A stretch of 50,163 nt of DNA. Source: a virus (taxonomy: Duplodnaviria > Caudoviricetes). The notes beneath the pieces were generated by a model. The model saw only the letters and a list, made by a program, of their open reading frames with translations. It had not been told where the DNA came from and did not search any database. The DNA is taken from IMG/VR virus record IMGVR_UViG_3300032335_001351, positions 1 through 50,163 of that record. The stretch is one strand, 5' to 3'. A program made the translations under genes and the position numbers. This document shows positions 49,429-50,163 of this stretch, piece by piece (the first letter of the stretch is position 1; each line of letters begins with the position of its first letter).

Positions 49429-50163
49429 ATGTCAAATACAGTGTTAATTAAACGTTCTAGTACCCCAAACGCGGTACCCGGAACAGCCAATCTGGCTCTA
49501 GGCGAACTGGCCATCAATACCTACAATGGCAGATTGTACACCAAGGTAGACACTGGTACAGCCAGCGTGTACGAACTCACGCAAAATCAGCCCATACAGG
49601 TCTTGGGCAATGTCACTGGTAACTCTGTCAACACTGGCAATGGCACCAGTAACCTAACTCTTACACTGACCACTACTGGAGTTGCAGCTGGCACATACGG
49701 TGGTACCAGTGGCGCAGTCAGCAACATTGGTGTGTTTACAGTGGACCAATATGGTCGAGTAACATCGGCCAGCAATGTACAAATCTCCACATCGGGCTTG
49801 GCCAACGGCACATCCAACATTCAAATTGCCAACAGTGGTAATATTTCAATCACTGTGGCTGGAACGCCCAATGTCACAGTGTTTGCCAACACTGGCGCTT
49901 ATGTTACGGGACTGTTGTCTGTAACTGGCAACATCACAGGTGGCAACATTGCCACTGCTGGATTGATCACAGCTACCAGCAACATCACTGGTGGCAATAT
50001 TGTTACAGCAGGGCAAGTTACAGCCACAGGAAACGTAGCGACTAGTGCCAATGTAATTGCTTCAGGTTATGCCAACATTGCTGGTACAGTCACTGCTGGT
50101 AACTTGGTCACAGCTGGACTAGCTTCAGTAACTGGCAACATCACAGGTGGCAACATTGCCACA
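49429..50163 (+). CDS. Fibre protein with Mtd-N-like N-terminus (truncated by the window)
   Basis: MSNTVLIKRSSTPNAVPGTANLALGELAINTYNGRLYTK, then GVAAGTYG...FTVDQYGRVTSA and GNITGGNI repeats; open to the window end and absent from the ORF track. Confidence 0.8.
   Translation, partial: MSNTVLIKRSSTPNAVPGTANLALGELAINTYNGRLYTKVDTGTASVYELTQNQPIQVLGNVTGNSVNTGNGTSNLTLTLTTTGVAAGTYGGTSGAVSNIGVFTVDQYGRVTSASNVQISTSGLANGTSNIQIANSGNISITVAGTPNVTVFANTGAYVTGLLSVTGNITGGNIATAGLITATSNITGGNIVTAGQVTATGNVATSANVIASGYANIAGTVTAGNLVTAGLASVTGNITGGNIAT

Noticed and set aside
1-50163. Stop-codon reassignment
   Set aside because: Core genes are full length and tightly packed under code 11.
49429-50163. Diversity-generating retroelement suggested by the Mtd-like N-terminus
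   Set aside because: No reverse transcriptase and no TR/VR pair with adenine-specific differences in the window.
1-50163. tRNA or rRNA genes
   Set aside because: No cloverleaf or T-loop signature was seen in the few intergenic gaps.

Overview
This is a 50 kb fragment of a large T4-like (myovirus) phage genome read in standard code 11, identified by recalled motifs only (no database searches were run). The left arm (minus strand) is a baseplate module: a >3,000-aa structural protein with FG-GAP-like propeller repeats that runs off the window and is missing from the ORF track, plus gp6-, gp25-, gp5-, hub-, gp53- and tube-initiator-like genes. The centre carries the gp55 late sigma factor and gp47/gp46 interleaved with accessory genes, a radical SAM gene and a minimal GIY-YIG nuclease. 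A ~430-nt, highly structured, multi-pseudoknotted non-coding region follows the nuclease directly and is the best candidate for a new system. Next come a small translationally coupled accessory operon and a gp26-like chaperone with a probable programmed -1 frameshift. The right arm (plus strand) holds tape measure, portal, prohead core, protease, scaffold, major capsid, glycosyltransferase-like genes and fibre genes. TAAATA late-promoter motifs precede many genes. Two of them sit in the loops of hairpins whose 3' arms cover SD-like sequences.
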